A DNA stretch of 64,000 bases from contig OZ241837.1 of the NCBI GenBank assembly GCA_965202615.1, positions 1,288,347 to 1,352,346 of the forward strand. Direction: 5' to 3'. This DNA comes from Arenicellales bacterium (GTDB lineage Bacteria; Pseudomonadota; Gammaproteobacteria; Arenicellales; JAJDZL01). Under the pieces are notes generated by a model. It did not search any database, was not told the origin of the DNA, and worked only from the letters and a program-made list of their open reading frames with translations. The translations under genes and the position numbers were made by a program. Positions 46,761 to 56,093 of this stretch are shown piece after piece (within the stretch, counting starts at the first letter, position 1; each line of letters opens with the position of its first letter).

Positions 46761-48512
46761 CTATACGTAGGCTTTGTATTTTTCCAGGTGCCGGATTGGT
46801 TTGCTGAGTGCATCCCGACGGAAAGGGTCACCGAGTTCCCGGGTACACATGATTTCGATGACCGTGGTTTTGCCGTCATTTTGTGATGCACACGCTTCTC
46901 GAAGCGCATCGCCCACCATATCCAGACTGTCGACGACAATTCCTTCGGCACCCATGGCTTTCGCGATTGCAGCCCAACTTGGATTGTCCAGATTGACGCC
47001 TTCGAAGCGTCTGCCGTAGAAGTCGACCTGGTTTTTCTTCTCAGCGCCCCATTGACGATTGTTGAAGACCACCGGGGTAACCGGGATGTTCTCCCTCACA
47101 CAGGTCAGAATTTCACCCATGCTCATTGCCCAGGCACCATCGCCGACATATGCGACGGCTGCGCGATCCGGCTTTGCAGCCTTGACACCCATAATGGTCG
47201 GGAATGCGTAGCCGCAGTTTCCGAAACTCATGGCAGCAAAGAAACTGCGCGGTTTCTCAAAGCGCAGATAGCTGTTTGAAACAGAACAGATGTTTCCGAT
47301 GTCGGTAGAAATGGTGGCATTTGACGGTGTCGCTTTTTCGAGTTCTCGAAGAACCTGGCGCGGGTGCAGCATGCCTTCATCTTCCGCAGAGACCAATTGG
47401 CTCCACTCGTCGCGCTCCTCGCTCCATTCATTGAGTTCACTTTCCCAGGCCTGTTTTGTCTGGGCGATTTCCTTTTCCCTGGCATCGCGATTCTGCATGC
47501 AGGCGATATTTTCGCGATTTCTCAGGCGCTCGAGTATTGCACTGGCTGTTTCTCCGGCCTGTCCACAAATACCCACTTCAATCTTCTTGACCAGGCCGAT
47601 TTTTCGATAGTCGACATCGACTTGAATTATTTTGGCGTCCTTTGGCCAGTAGTCTATGCCGTGCTGCGGCAAAGTGCCGAATGGGCCAAGTCGAGTTCCA
47701 AGCGCAACCACAACGTCGGCTTTGGAGATCAGACGCATGCCGGCCTTTGAGCCCTGATAACCGAGCGGTCCGCACCATAGTTTGTGGCTGGCCGGGAAAG
47801 AATCATTGTGCAGATAGCTGTTAACTACCGGTGCGGACAGGTATTCTGCGAGTTCCATGCACGAGGATACGGCATTGTCCATGACGACCCCGCCGCCTGA
47901 AAGAATCACCGGAAATTCCGCTTCGGCGAGAGTGCGGGCAGCATCGTCCAGAGCCGAAGAGCCTCCGGCACCGCGTTCAATGACCCGGGGTTGAGGAATG
48001 TCAACATCAACTTCACCGTAAAAGTGGTCCCGCGGGATATTCAGTTGAGTTGGACCCCTCTCAGCCATCGCCATGTCAAAACAGCGACCGGTCAGTTCGG
48101 CCATTCGTGCGGGACTGTTGACGTGTGCCTGGTACTTGGTAATTTTCGAGAAAATGGGCAGCTGTTCGGTTTCCTGGAAACCACCCAGACCAATTGTGTT
48201 GCTGCCGGTTTCCGGGGTTATTGCGATAACCGGAGAATGTGCCCAGTAAGCGGCGGCAATTGCCGTAACAAAATTCGTGATTCCCGGGCCGTTTTGACCG
48301 ATACACACACCGTGCTTGCCGCTAACGCGAGCGTAGCCATCGGCCATGTGAGCCGAGCCCTGTTCATGGACTGTCGGAATAAAACGAATCCCGGCTGCGG
48401 GGAAGATGTCCAGCGCGTCCATGTAGGCGGATCCGACAATTCCGAATACATCCGTTACTCCATACGAGGCCAGGGTTTCGACAAAAGCTTCACTTGGCGT
48501 CATTCTTGGCAT
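46761..48512 (-). CDS. xsc: sulfoacetaldehyde acetyltransferase (ThDP-dependent)
   Basis: 'MTPSEAFVETLASYGVTDVFGIVGSAYMDALD', 'IGQNGPGITNF', 'GDGAWAMSMGE'. The ATG at 48512 is preferred. xsc-pta context. Confidence 0.9.
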   Translation of the reverse strand: MPRMTPSEAFVETLASYGVTDVFGIVGSAYMDALDIFPAAGIRFIPTVHEQGSAHMADGYARVSGKHGVCIGQNGPGITNFVTAIAAAYWAHSPVIAITPETGSNTIGLGGFQETEQLPIFSKITKYQAHVNSPARMAELTGRCFDMAMAERGPTQLNIPRDHFYGEVDVDIPQPRVIERGAGGSSALDDAARTLAEAEFPVILSGGGVVMDNAVSSCMELAEYLSAPVVNSYLHNDSFPASHKLWCGPLGYQGSKAGMRLISKADVVVALGTRLGPFGTLPQHGIDYWPKDAKIIQVDVDYRKIGLVKKIEVGICGQAGETASAILERLRNRENIACMQNRDAREKEIAQTKQAWESELNEWSEERDEWSQLVSAEDEGMLHPRQVLRELEKATPSNATISTDIGNICSVSNSYLRFEKPRSFFAAMSFGNCGYAFPTIMGVKAAKPDRAAVAYVGDGAWAMSMGEILTCVRENIPVTPVVFNNRQWGAEKKNQVDFYGRRFEGVNLDNPSWAAIAKAMGAEGIVVDSLDMVGDALREACASQNDGKTTVIEIMCTRELGDPFRRDALSKPIRHLEKYKAYV

Positions 48513-48544
48513 TGTAGTTTTCCTGTTGTTGATTGATTGATAGG

Positions 48545-49681
48545 TTAATTCCACTGCTGCGATGAAGCTGCCAGGGCATCTTCAGCAGGAGTGTAATCGT
48601 AATTTAGTGCGGTTGCGACTTCTTTGTACGTGATTTTGCCGTGACAGACATTCAGTCCCGCCATAAGGTTTGGGTCTCGCAACAGCGCGTCTTTATATCC
48701 CAAATTTGCGATCATGGAGGCGAATGGAAGAACGACGTTGTTCAGTGCGTAAGTCGATGTTTTGGGTACCGCTCCAGGCATATTGGCGACACAATAGTGA
48801 ATCACATCATGCACGACGTAAGTCGGGTCGGAATGCGTAGTGGCGCGTGATGTTTCAAAACAGCCGCCCTGGTCAATAGCAACGTCAACGACGACTGAGT
48901 TTGGCCGCATTTCCCTGATCATGTCTTCCGTCACCAGTTTAGGTGCATTGCCGCCAGGAATCAGGACCGCGCCGATGACCAGGTCTGCGTCAATCACGTG
49001 CTTTTCAAGCGTGCTGTGGGTTGAGAACACACCGTTGGTTGAGCGTCCAAACTGTATCCAGTGATTATCAAGTACGCTTAAATTGCGGTCCAATACCCAC
49101 ACATCGGCCCCCATCCCGACGGCGATATGAGTGGAATGGGTGCCAACGACCCCGCCGCCAATGATGACAACTTTAGCCGGCTCCACGCCCGGCACGCCGC
49201 CAAGCAACATGCCGGTACCGCCGTGCGGCCGTTCCAGGCACCAGGCGCCTTCCTGTACCGCCATTCTTCCAGCCACCTTTGACATGGGTGCAAGAACTGG
49301 CAGACCCCCCTTGTCATCGGTGATTGTCTCATAGGCGATGCAGACCGCCCCGCTATTGACAAGGTCGCTTGTTTGTTCAGGGTCGGGAGCCAGGTGCAGA
49401 TAGGTGAACAGTATCTGATTTTCCCGCAGCAGTGCCCGCTCTGGCGCGAGTGGTTCCTTGACCTTGATAATCATGTCGGCACATTCGAATACTTCCTGCG
49501 GGGTTCCGAGAATTTTTGCTCCGAATTTACGGTAATCATCATCACTTGCGCTGATTCCGATGCCGGCGTTGGTTTCGACAAAAATTTCGTGTCCCATAGC
49601 GGAGAGTTCCCGAACACATTCGGGTACCAGCCCGACGCGATATTCATCGGTCTTTGTTTCCTTTGGCACTCCAATTCGCAT
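48545..49681 (-). CDS. ald: alanine dehydrogenase
   Basis: 'MRIGVPKETKTDEYRVGLVP', 'VIIGGGVVGTHS', 'YCVANMPGAVP'. The ATG at 49681 is preferred. Confidence 0.95.
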   Translation of the reverse strand: MRIGVPKETKTDEYRVGLVPECVRELSAMGHEIFVETNAGIGISASDDDYRKFGAKILGTPQEVFECADMIIKVKEPLAPERALLRENQILFTYLHLAPDPEQTSDLVNSGAVCIAYETITDDKGGLPVLAPMSKVAGRMAVQEGAWCLERPHGGTGMLLGGVPGVEPAKVVIIGGGVVGTHSTHIAVGMGADVWVLDRNLSVLDNHWIQFGRSTNGVFSTHSTLEKHVIDADLVIGAVLIPGGNAPKLVTEDMIREMRPNSVVVDVAIDQGGCFETSRATTHSDPTYVVHDVIHYCVANMPGAVPKTSTYALNNVVLPFASMIANLGYKDALLRDPNLMAGLNVCHGKITYKEVATALNYDYTPAEDALAASSQQWN

Positions 49682-49981
49682 TTTCCTATGCTCCGATTTC
49701 CAATAGTCCGACAAGGGGGAATAAAGTGCCATTATGATAATGTATAGGCTCATAATCTATACCGAAATCGGACAGTTGACCTGTGGCGAATTGCAAGTTG
49801 CCCAAATTGGCATTTAAGCTGTCAGGCATCAGCCGGTCCGTGAACGTTTTGCGTGCAGGAAATACAAATCCATTTCAAAGGTGTCTACATTCCGGTCAAA
49901 TGTGTAAAATTAGTGAAAGTGATACTCTCTTTGTTCTTTGGAACCTGATTCATTTCGTGCTTGACTGGAGGGAATAAGGTA

Positions 49982-51301
49982 ATGCGACTCGATCATCAGT
50001 CCATGGAAAACTTGTGGATGCCGTTTACCAGCAATCGTGATTTTAAATCCGACCCAAGGATTGTTGCACGCGGCGAGGGTGTGTACCTGTACACACCGGA
50101 AGGCAAGCCCATCATTGACGCATCGTCCGGTCTGTTTTGCTGTGCCGCGGGGCACAGCCGTCCTGAAATTGCAGATGCTGTTCATCGACAGCTCGCGACG
50201 CTGGCCTACACGGCGCCATTCCAGCTGGGGCATGAGTTGTCGTTTGAGCTCGCGAGAAGGTTGGCACAGTTAACACCGCAGGGCATGAACCGGGTGTTTT
50301 TTGTCAACTCTGGATCGGAGGCCGTTGACACGGCGATCAAGATTGCAATGGCCTATCACTACGTTCGCGGCGAGGGTCAGCGACAGCGGCTGGTGTCGAG
50401 GGAGCGGGCCTATCACGGCGTCAACATTGGCGGAACCAGTTTAAGCGGTATGGTAAAAAATCGCCAGGCGTTTGGTGTAGGCATGCCTGGCATTGCCCAC
50501 ATTCGTCACACGTGGTTGCCACAGAACAGGTATCACCGCGACCAGCCGGAGAATGGCGCCTATCTGGCGGACGACCTGGAAAGGATTGTGCAAAATTACG
50601 GTTCCGATACCATTGCTGCCTGTTTTGTCGAGCCGATTGCCGGTTCAACCGGTTGCCTGGTACCGCCTGTCGGCTACTTGGAGCGTCTGCGGGAGATTTG
50701 CGACAGATACGGAATTTTGCTGGTTTTCGACGAGGTGATTTGCGGATTTGGCCGAACCGGTGAGCCTTTCGGTTCGCAAACATTTGGTGTAACTCCGGAC
50801 ATCATGACGCTGGCCAAAGCTTTGACCAATGCAGCGCAACCGATGGGTGCGATCGTCGTCGGGCAGCACGTGTACGACGCCATAATCGATGCGGCGCCGG
50901 ATCGGGTGATTGAGCTGTTTCACGGCTACACTTATTCCGGACATCCTGCGGCCTGTGCAGCGGGACTCGCGACTATGGATATCTATAGAGATGAGAAACT
51001 CTTTGAGTGCGGCAAGGCACTGTCGGGTTATTTTCAGGATTCGATGTTCGCTCTGCAGGAGTTTGAAATCGTGACTGATGTGCGAGGTTACGGAATGATT
51101 GCAGGCATAGATTTCGCACCGTCGGGAACACCGGGTGCCATTGGCATTTCAATCCAAAAGAAGCTGTTTCACAGCGGACTGCATGTCAAGGCAACGGGAG
51201 ATGCGATCATTGTCGCCCCGCCGCTGATTTCAAGCGAAGCGCATATTGATGAGATAAGCAGCAAACTGAGTCGTGTTTTCGAAAGCATGTCTGCAAAATA
51301 A
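49982..51301 (+). CDS. class-III omega-amino acid (taurine/beta-alanine)--pyruvate aminotransferase
   Basis: 'NLWMPFTSNRDFKSDPRI', 'SGLFCCAAGHSRPEI', 'FVNSGSEAVD', 'LVFDEVICGFGRTG', 'TLAKALTN' (PLP-Lys). GGAGGG SD before the ATG at 49982. Divergent from ald-xsc-pta. Confidence 0.9.
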   Translation: MRLDHQSMENLWMPFTSNRDFKSDPRIVARGEGVYLYTPEGKPIIDASSGLFCCAAGHSRPEIADAVHRQLATLAYTAPFQLGHELSFELARRLAQLTPQGMNRVFFVNSGSEAVDTAIKIAMAYHYVRGEGQRQRLVSRERAYHGVNIGGTSLSGMVKNRQAFGVGMPGIAHIRHTWLPQNRYHRDQPENGAYLADDLERIVQNYGSDTIAACFVEPIAGSTGCLVPPVGYLERLREICDRYGILLVFDEVICGFGRTGEPFGSQTFGVTPDIMTLAKALTNAAQPMGAIVVGQHVYDAIIDAAPDRVIELFHGYTYSGHPAACAAGLATMDIYRDEKLFECGKALSGYFQDSMFALQEFEIVTDVRGYGMIAGIDFAPSGTPGAIGISIQKKLFHSGLHVKATGDAIIVAPPLISSEAHIDEISSKLSRVFESMSAK

Positions 51302-51468
51302 ACACGTAAAATTCAATTGCAAAAAAAATTTATTTTTACTCATAAAGAAACATAAAATTGATTTCAATTGAATTCCGAACAGAGAGAGTGCAATCTGAGT
51401 TTAATTTGCTTTCACTGTCTCGATGGACGGAGATCAATTTTGATCGTTTCTAATTTAAAGGAGGTATT

Positions 51469-52617
51469 GTGGAAATGACAACTCAATTCAAAGGCAACTT
51501 CAGTCGCCGTAAATTCATTAAAACCAGTGTTGCAGCCAGTGCAGCAGCGGTCGGTCCATGGGTAATCAACGCTAAAGCCCTTGCATCGTCTGGTGAATTG
51601 AACATACTGATGTGGTCAGATTACTTGCCAGAAGATTTTCTTGCGCAGTTTAAATCAGAAACGGGTATTACCATCAACTATACCGGGATCGGTTCGAACG
51701 AAGAGATCATCAACAAGATGAAAGCGACAAAAGGGAAGGGTTTTGACATCTGCAGTCCAACGAATGTTCGCTCTGGACAGTGGATTGAACTGGACCTTTT
51801 GCAACCTTGGGATTACGATCGTATCCCCAACATCAAGAATGCGAATCCTGCCATGTTATCCATTGGAGATGGTGAGTGGAACTTTGGCGACGCAGGATCA
51901 CATTGGTTGCCCCATATTTGGGGTACCGAAGCGATTTCCTGGCGAACCGACTTGTACTCCCCGGCTGGAGGAGAACCGAGTTACGGTAATATCTGGGATG
52001 GTTCAGCCGAAGGGAACACGATGATCCGACCTCATTCAGGAATGTTGGGCGCGGGTCTCTACATGGAGACAATTGGAGAGCTCGAACCAGGTGATGTATG
52101 GCGAGCCTATTCGGACGAAGAAACAATGCGTCCCATCTGGGAGAAAATCACTGCATTCTGCATTGCCAATAAATCGCAAATCAAGCTGTTTTGGAATGAT
52201 GCAGATACACAGAAAAACGGATTTTTAAATGACGGCGTGTTAGTCGGTCAGACCTGGGATGGACCGCCGCTGGCGATGAAGACTGACGGTGAACCTGTTC
52301 ACTATCAGGCTCCGAAGGAAGGAGCGTTGGCCTGGGTCGACGGAATGTCGCTTTCCAAGGCGGCGGAAAACGTTGATCAAGCCTACGCTTTCATAGAGTT
52401 TACCTACAAGCAAGAGCCTGCGGGTAGAGCAATTGATACTCACGGCTACAACTCTGCAGTTTTGGGTGCAGATGCATTTGCCGGAGACAATTACAAGAAG
52501 AACTTTTCTGAGTCTTATCCAGGCAAGGCATTGGCGAACCTGAATCCTTGGCCTGCAGAACCGCAGTGGTATGCGGACGTGCGGACCGAGTATCGCAACA
52601 AGTTCGTTAACGCCTGA
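51469..52617 (+). CDS. ABC transporter periplasmic binding protein, PotD/PotF family, Tat-like signal
   Basis: 'SRRKFIKTSVAASAAAVGPWVINAKALA' signal, 'LNILMWSDYLPEDF'. GTG at 51469 or ATG at 51475, after an AAAGGAGG SD. Confidence 0.85.
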   Translation: MEMTTQFKGNFSRRKFIKTSVAASAAAVGPWVINAKALASSGELNILMWSDYLPEDFLAQFKSETGITINYTGIGSNEEIINKMKATKGKGFDICSPTNVRSGQWIELDLLQPWDYDRIPNIKNANPAMLSIGDGEWNFGDAGSHWLPHIWGTEAISWRTDLYSPAGGEPSYGNIWDGSAEGNTMIRPHSGMLGAGLYMETIGELEPGDVWRAYSDEETMRPIWEKITAFCIANKSQIKLFWNDADTQKNGFLNDGVLVGQTWDGPPLAMKTDGEPVHYQAPKEGALAWVDGMSLSKAAENVDQAYAFIEFTYKQEPAGRAIDTHGYNSAVLGADAFAGDNYKKNFSESYPGKALANLNPWPAEPQWYADVRTEYRNKFVNA

Positions 52618-52719
52618 TTCGGCAATATGACAATTCGCTTCGGCGCTTTCTTCTGAAGGCGCCGAAGACCTCTAACCTATAGTTAACCTATAGTCTGTTC
52701 GAGCTTGGAGGTGCTGACG

Positions 52720-53823
52720 ATGAGTGCAGATGTTAGGCTTGAAGATGTTTGGATTAAATTCGGCGATTTCGTAGCGGCTCGGGACGTCAATCTTCATATT
52801 CAGGGGGGCGAGTTTTTTACGATTCTCGGGCCTTCTGGATGCGGAAAAACAACCCTTCTTAGGGCCGTATCCGGTTTTCTCGTTCCTTCCCAGGGCGATA
52901 TCCTGATTGGCGGTGAGAATATGGCCGGAATCGGTGCAAACCGCCGCCCCACCGCTTTGATTTTCCAAAACCTCGCCCTGTTCCCGTTGATGTCAATCTG
53001 GGAGAACATTACGTTCTCACTGGAAGTCAAGGGTGTTGGACGCGATCAGCGTCGAAAACGCGCCGATGAATTGCTTGAGCTGATTGCATTGCCCGGTCAG
53101 GGCGACAAAATGGTCGGTGAGCTGTCAGGGGGTCAAAAACAGCGGGTGGCCATTGCGCGAGCGCTATGCGCGCAACCCCAGGTACTGTTGCTTGACGAAC
53201 CTTTGAGTGCGCTCGATCTGAAACTTCGTCAGCACATGCGTACCGAGCTGCGGGCGATTCAGCAGCAGGTCGGCATTACGTTCATTTACATTACCCATGA
53301 CCAGGGTGAAGCGCTGACCATGTCGGACAATGTTGCCGTGATGCGCGAAGGCATCATTGAGCAGGTGAGTGATGGCACTGCAATCTACGATGATCCCGAT
53401 ACGTCTTTTGTTGCCTCGTTTGTCGGCGAAAACAACCGCTTTAGCGGCAAAGTCGACAAGCTCTCGGACGGAATCGCGACCGTTGAAACACCGGAAGGTG
53501 TGTTTCAGGCCCGCTGCAGCAAGAACAGCGAATCGGTTGTCAAGGCGGGTGACGATGTTTTTGTGTTTGTCCGTCCCGAGGCTTTCCAGTTTCTGAACGG
53601 CAAAGCCATGGACAACCAGTTCAAGGCCAGTGTATTCCACGAAGAGTTTGAAGGCAACCTCTGGCAAGTATTCCTCGACATCGAATCAACACAGAAACGC
53701 GTGAAAATGTCATACGTCAATGACGGGACCATCCGTACACATGGTGGTGAAACCGATGTGTCTGTCGGGTTCGGCTCTCACGCTGCAATTGTGTTGCCGC
53801 AGGGACCTTTGGCGGCTGAGTAG
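52720..53823 (+). CDS. ABC transporter ATP-binding protein, PotA-like
   Basis: Walker A 'GPSGCGKTT', 'LSGGQKQRVAIARAL', 'LLLDEPLSALD', C-terminal TOBE-like region. Confidence 0.9.
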   Translation: MSADVRLEDVWIKFGDFVAARDVNLHIQGGEFFTILGPSGCGKTTLLRAVSGFLVPSQGDILIGGENMAGIGANRRPTALIFQNLALFPLMSIWENITFSLEVKGVGRDQRRKRADELLELIALPGQGDKMVGELSGGQKQRVAIARALCAQPQVLLLDEPLSALDLKLRQHMRTELRAIQQQVGITFIYITHDQGEALTMSDNVAVMREGIIEQVSDGTAIYDDPDTSFVASFVGENNRFSGKVDKLSDGIATVETPEGVFQARCSKNSESVVKAGDDVFVFVRPEAFQFLNGKAMDNQFKASVFHEEFEGNLWQVFLDIESTQKRVKMSYVNDGTIRTHGGETDVSVGFGSHAAIVLPQGPLAAE

Positions 53824-53839
53824 TGCAACGGAAACTGCC

Positions 53840-54769
53840 ATGAATTTTGCGAACTACTGGCGGGAGTTCTTCCATAAGAACGGGACTGCAGTAGCGATGT
53901 TCCTGATCATCGCAGTCGGAGTGTGGCTCTTCATGATGATCATTCTGCCGCAGATGTTCATGTTGGACTTCTCGATTCGAGCCAATGTCCCCCCGCCGAA
54001 GTTCGGGACCGAAGAGCACTACTACACGCTGGAGCACTATAAATACATGGTGTTTGGCAGTGCCTTGTCAACGGATTCCTTCAATGTTATCGACCTGACT
54101 GTCTTTTTCCGAACCATCGGCGCGGCGGTTTTTGTTACGCTGATCGATGTTGCACTTTGCTATCCAATCGCCTATTACCTCGCGCATGTGGCAACTGGCG
54201 GCTGGAGCCGGTTGATGGTGTTGTCGCTGATCGTGCCTTTCTGGATTAACGAGATTCTGCGGGCGTTTGCGTTCAAGATCATTTTCGGTTCGACTGGCGT
54301 CATTAACAATTTCCTGATCGGAATCGGGATTCTGGATCAGCCATACGATTTCATACGCAACGACCTCGCACTGTGGGCGGGATTAAGTTATGCATTTATC
54401 CTGCTCATGATCTTCCCCATCTACAATGCAATTGAAAGCCTTGACAAGAATCAGATAGAAGCCGCGCGGGATCTTGGCTCGCCGTGGTGGAGAATTCATT
54501 GGCGAATTGTGGTGCCGCATGCCAAGCCCGGCATATCCTCCGGCTGCACAATGGTATTTATGCTGACTGCCGGTGCGTTGGCTGCACCGCAGATTCTCGG
54601 TGGTCCGAGCAGCCTGTGGTTTACTCAGATCATCTACCAGGGATTCAACCAGGCCGGAAACTGGGCGAGAGGTTCGGCGTATGCAATCATTCTTCTGATT
54701 TCATGCATCATCTTCGTGCTGGTCATGATGAAAATCTTCAAGGTTAAGTTTGGCGAAATGATGAAATGA
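53840..54769 (+). CDS. ABC transporter permease, PotB-like
   Basis: Six TM helices, EAA loop 'IEAARDLGSPWWRIHWRIVVPHAKPG'. The ATG at 53840 is preferred. Confidence 0.85.
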   Translation: MNFANYWREFFHKNGTAVAMFLIIAVGVWLFMMIILPQMFMLDFSIRANVPPPKFGTEEHYYTLEHYKYMVFGSALSTDSFNVIDLTVFFRTIGAAVFVTLIDVALCYPIAYYLAHVATGGWSRLMVLSLIVPFWINEILRAFAFKIIFGSTGVINNFLIGIGILDQPYDFIRNDLALWAGLSYAFILLMIFPIYNAIESLDKNQIEAARDLGSPWWRIHWRIVVPHAKPGISSGCTMVFMLTAGALAAPQILGGPSSLWFTQIIYQGFNQAGNWARGSAYAIILLISCIIFVLVMMKIFKVKFGEMMK

Positions 54770-56058
54770 TTCAGGATCGCATCCAAAAGGTTCTGGTCCT
54801 CGGATTTGTAGCTCTATTCTTTGTCTACCTTTTCGGTCCGTTGATCGTAATGGGCCTGACCGCATTCAACACCTCCAATTTTCCCAGAATGTCCCCTTGG
54901 GACTGCTTTACAGTGGAGTGGTTTGATGTGCTGATCAATGATGCGCGACTCGTTGCAGGGGTTAGAAACAGTGTGATCATCGGCTTTGGTGTCGTTATTC
55001 TGGCGGTCCCGATTGGACTGGCAGGCGCACTCATGCTGATGCAGGTGGGCCCGCGTATCCGGCCCTGGTATTACACGGTAACCATTGCACCGATTCTGGT
55101 GCCTGGCGTAGTGCTCGGAATCTCAACGCTTTTGTTCTGGGACCGAGTCGGGTTGATGCTTGGCGCCACTGAAGACTCTATTTTTTACGATGGTGTTTTC
55201 CTCACGATCGTCGGTCAGGCAACCTTTATCTCCGCCTATGCGATGCTGATTTTTATCGCGCGCTTGCAGCGGTTTGATCCCGGCCTTGAAGAAGCCGCAC
55301 TTGATCTCGGCGCGACCCATACCCAGGCGTTTCGCAAAATTCTTTTGCCGTTTTTGCGCCCGGCGATCGGTTCAGCAGCCGTCCTTGCATTTCTCGCTTC
55401 TTTTGAAAACTACAATACAACGATTTTCACCATTGTCTCAAGCAGTACGCTGACGACGGTACTGGCCAGCAAAGTCCGCTACGGAATTGATCCGTCAATC
55501 AGTGCACTGGCGGTGGGAATTGTGTTCCTGACGTTGGTTGGCGCGGTAATTTACGAGATTTCAAAACGACGCGAGACGCGTAAGGCCAAAGCGCAAATGG
55601 CAGTTGCCCGCGGAGAGGCAACTGAAACCAAAAAGCAAAGGTCATTTGTTTCTGAACCGGCTTTTATTATGTTTGCGCTGATCGTTGTTGCCGGACTGGG
55701 AACCATTTATTTCACTGGAACAATCGGCGTGGAAGAATGCAAGGCTGTCGTCAAGGCTGAACGGCAAGCCGAAATCCAACGACGGGTTGAGCGTCGCCAG
55801 AAACAGCAAATGTTCCAGTCTGCGGTTGATGCGCAGGGTGAACAACCGGAGCAAGACCAGCAAGCGCAGGATGATTCCAAGGTTACCGCCAAGGGAACCG
55901 AAGGCTATCAGGGGGTCTTTGCACCTCAGAACTTGCAAGGTGAGGACGAAGAGGAGCCTGAGCAGGAACAACCGGTTACGGGGACCGAAGGTTACCAGGG
56001 CGTATTCTCACCAGAGAATCTGACAGACCAGGTTGAATCCAATTCTTCCGGCAACTAG
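54766..56058 (+). CDS. ABC transporter permease, PotC-like, with ~160-aa C-terminal extension (extra TM plus acidic repeat tail)
   Basis: Core with EAA loop 'LEEAALDLGATHTQAFRKILLPFLRP'. It is followed by 'FIMFALIVVAGLGTIYFTG' and a tail with two copies of 'GTEGYQGVF.P.NL'. Confidence 0.85.
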   Translation: MIQDRIQKVLVLGFVALFFVYLFGPLIVMGLTAFNTSNFPRMSPWDCFTVEWFDVLINDARLVAGVRNSVIIGFGVVILAVPIGLAGALMLMQVGPRIRPWYYTVTIAPILVPGVVLGISTLLFWDRVGLMLGATEDSIFYDGVFLTIVGQATFISAYAMLIFIARLQRFDPGLEEAALDLGATHTQAFRKILLPFLRPAIGSAAVLAFLASFENYNTTIFTIVSSSTLTTVLASKVRYGIDPSISALAVGIVFLTLVGAVIYEISKRRETRKAKAQMAVARGEATETKKQRSFVSEPAFIMFALIVVAGLGTIYFTGTIGVEECKAVVKAERQAEIQRRVERRQKQQMFQSAVDAQGEQPEQDQQAQDDSKVTAKGTEGYQGVFAPQNLQGEDEEEPEQEQPVTGTEGYQGVFSPENLTDQVESNSSGN

Positions 56059-56093
56059 ATTCTTGCTTCTTTTTGATCGAGGTCTTTCGAGCG

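Noticed and set aside
51302-51468. Repeated CAATTG-centred words (aaattcaattgca and gatttcaattgaattc) between the aminotransferase and the binding-protein gene, a possible operator.
   Set aside because: The arms are only partly symmetric and the region is very AT-rich. No regulator gene is present to link them to.
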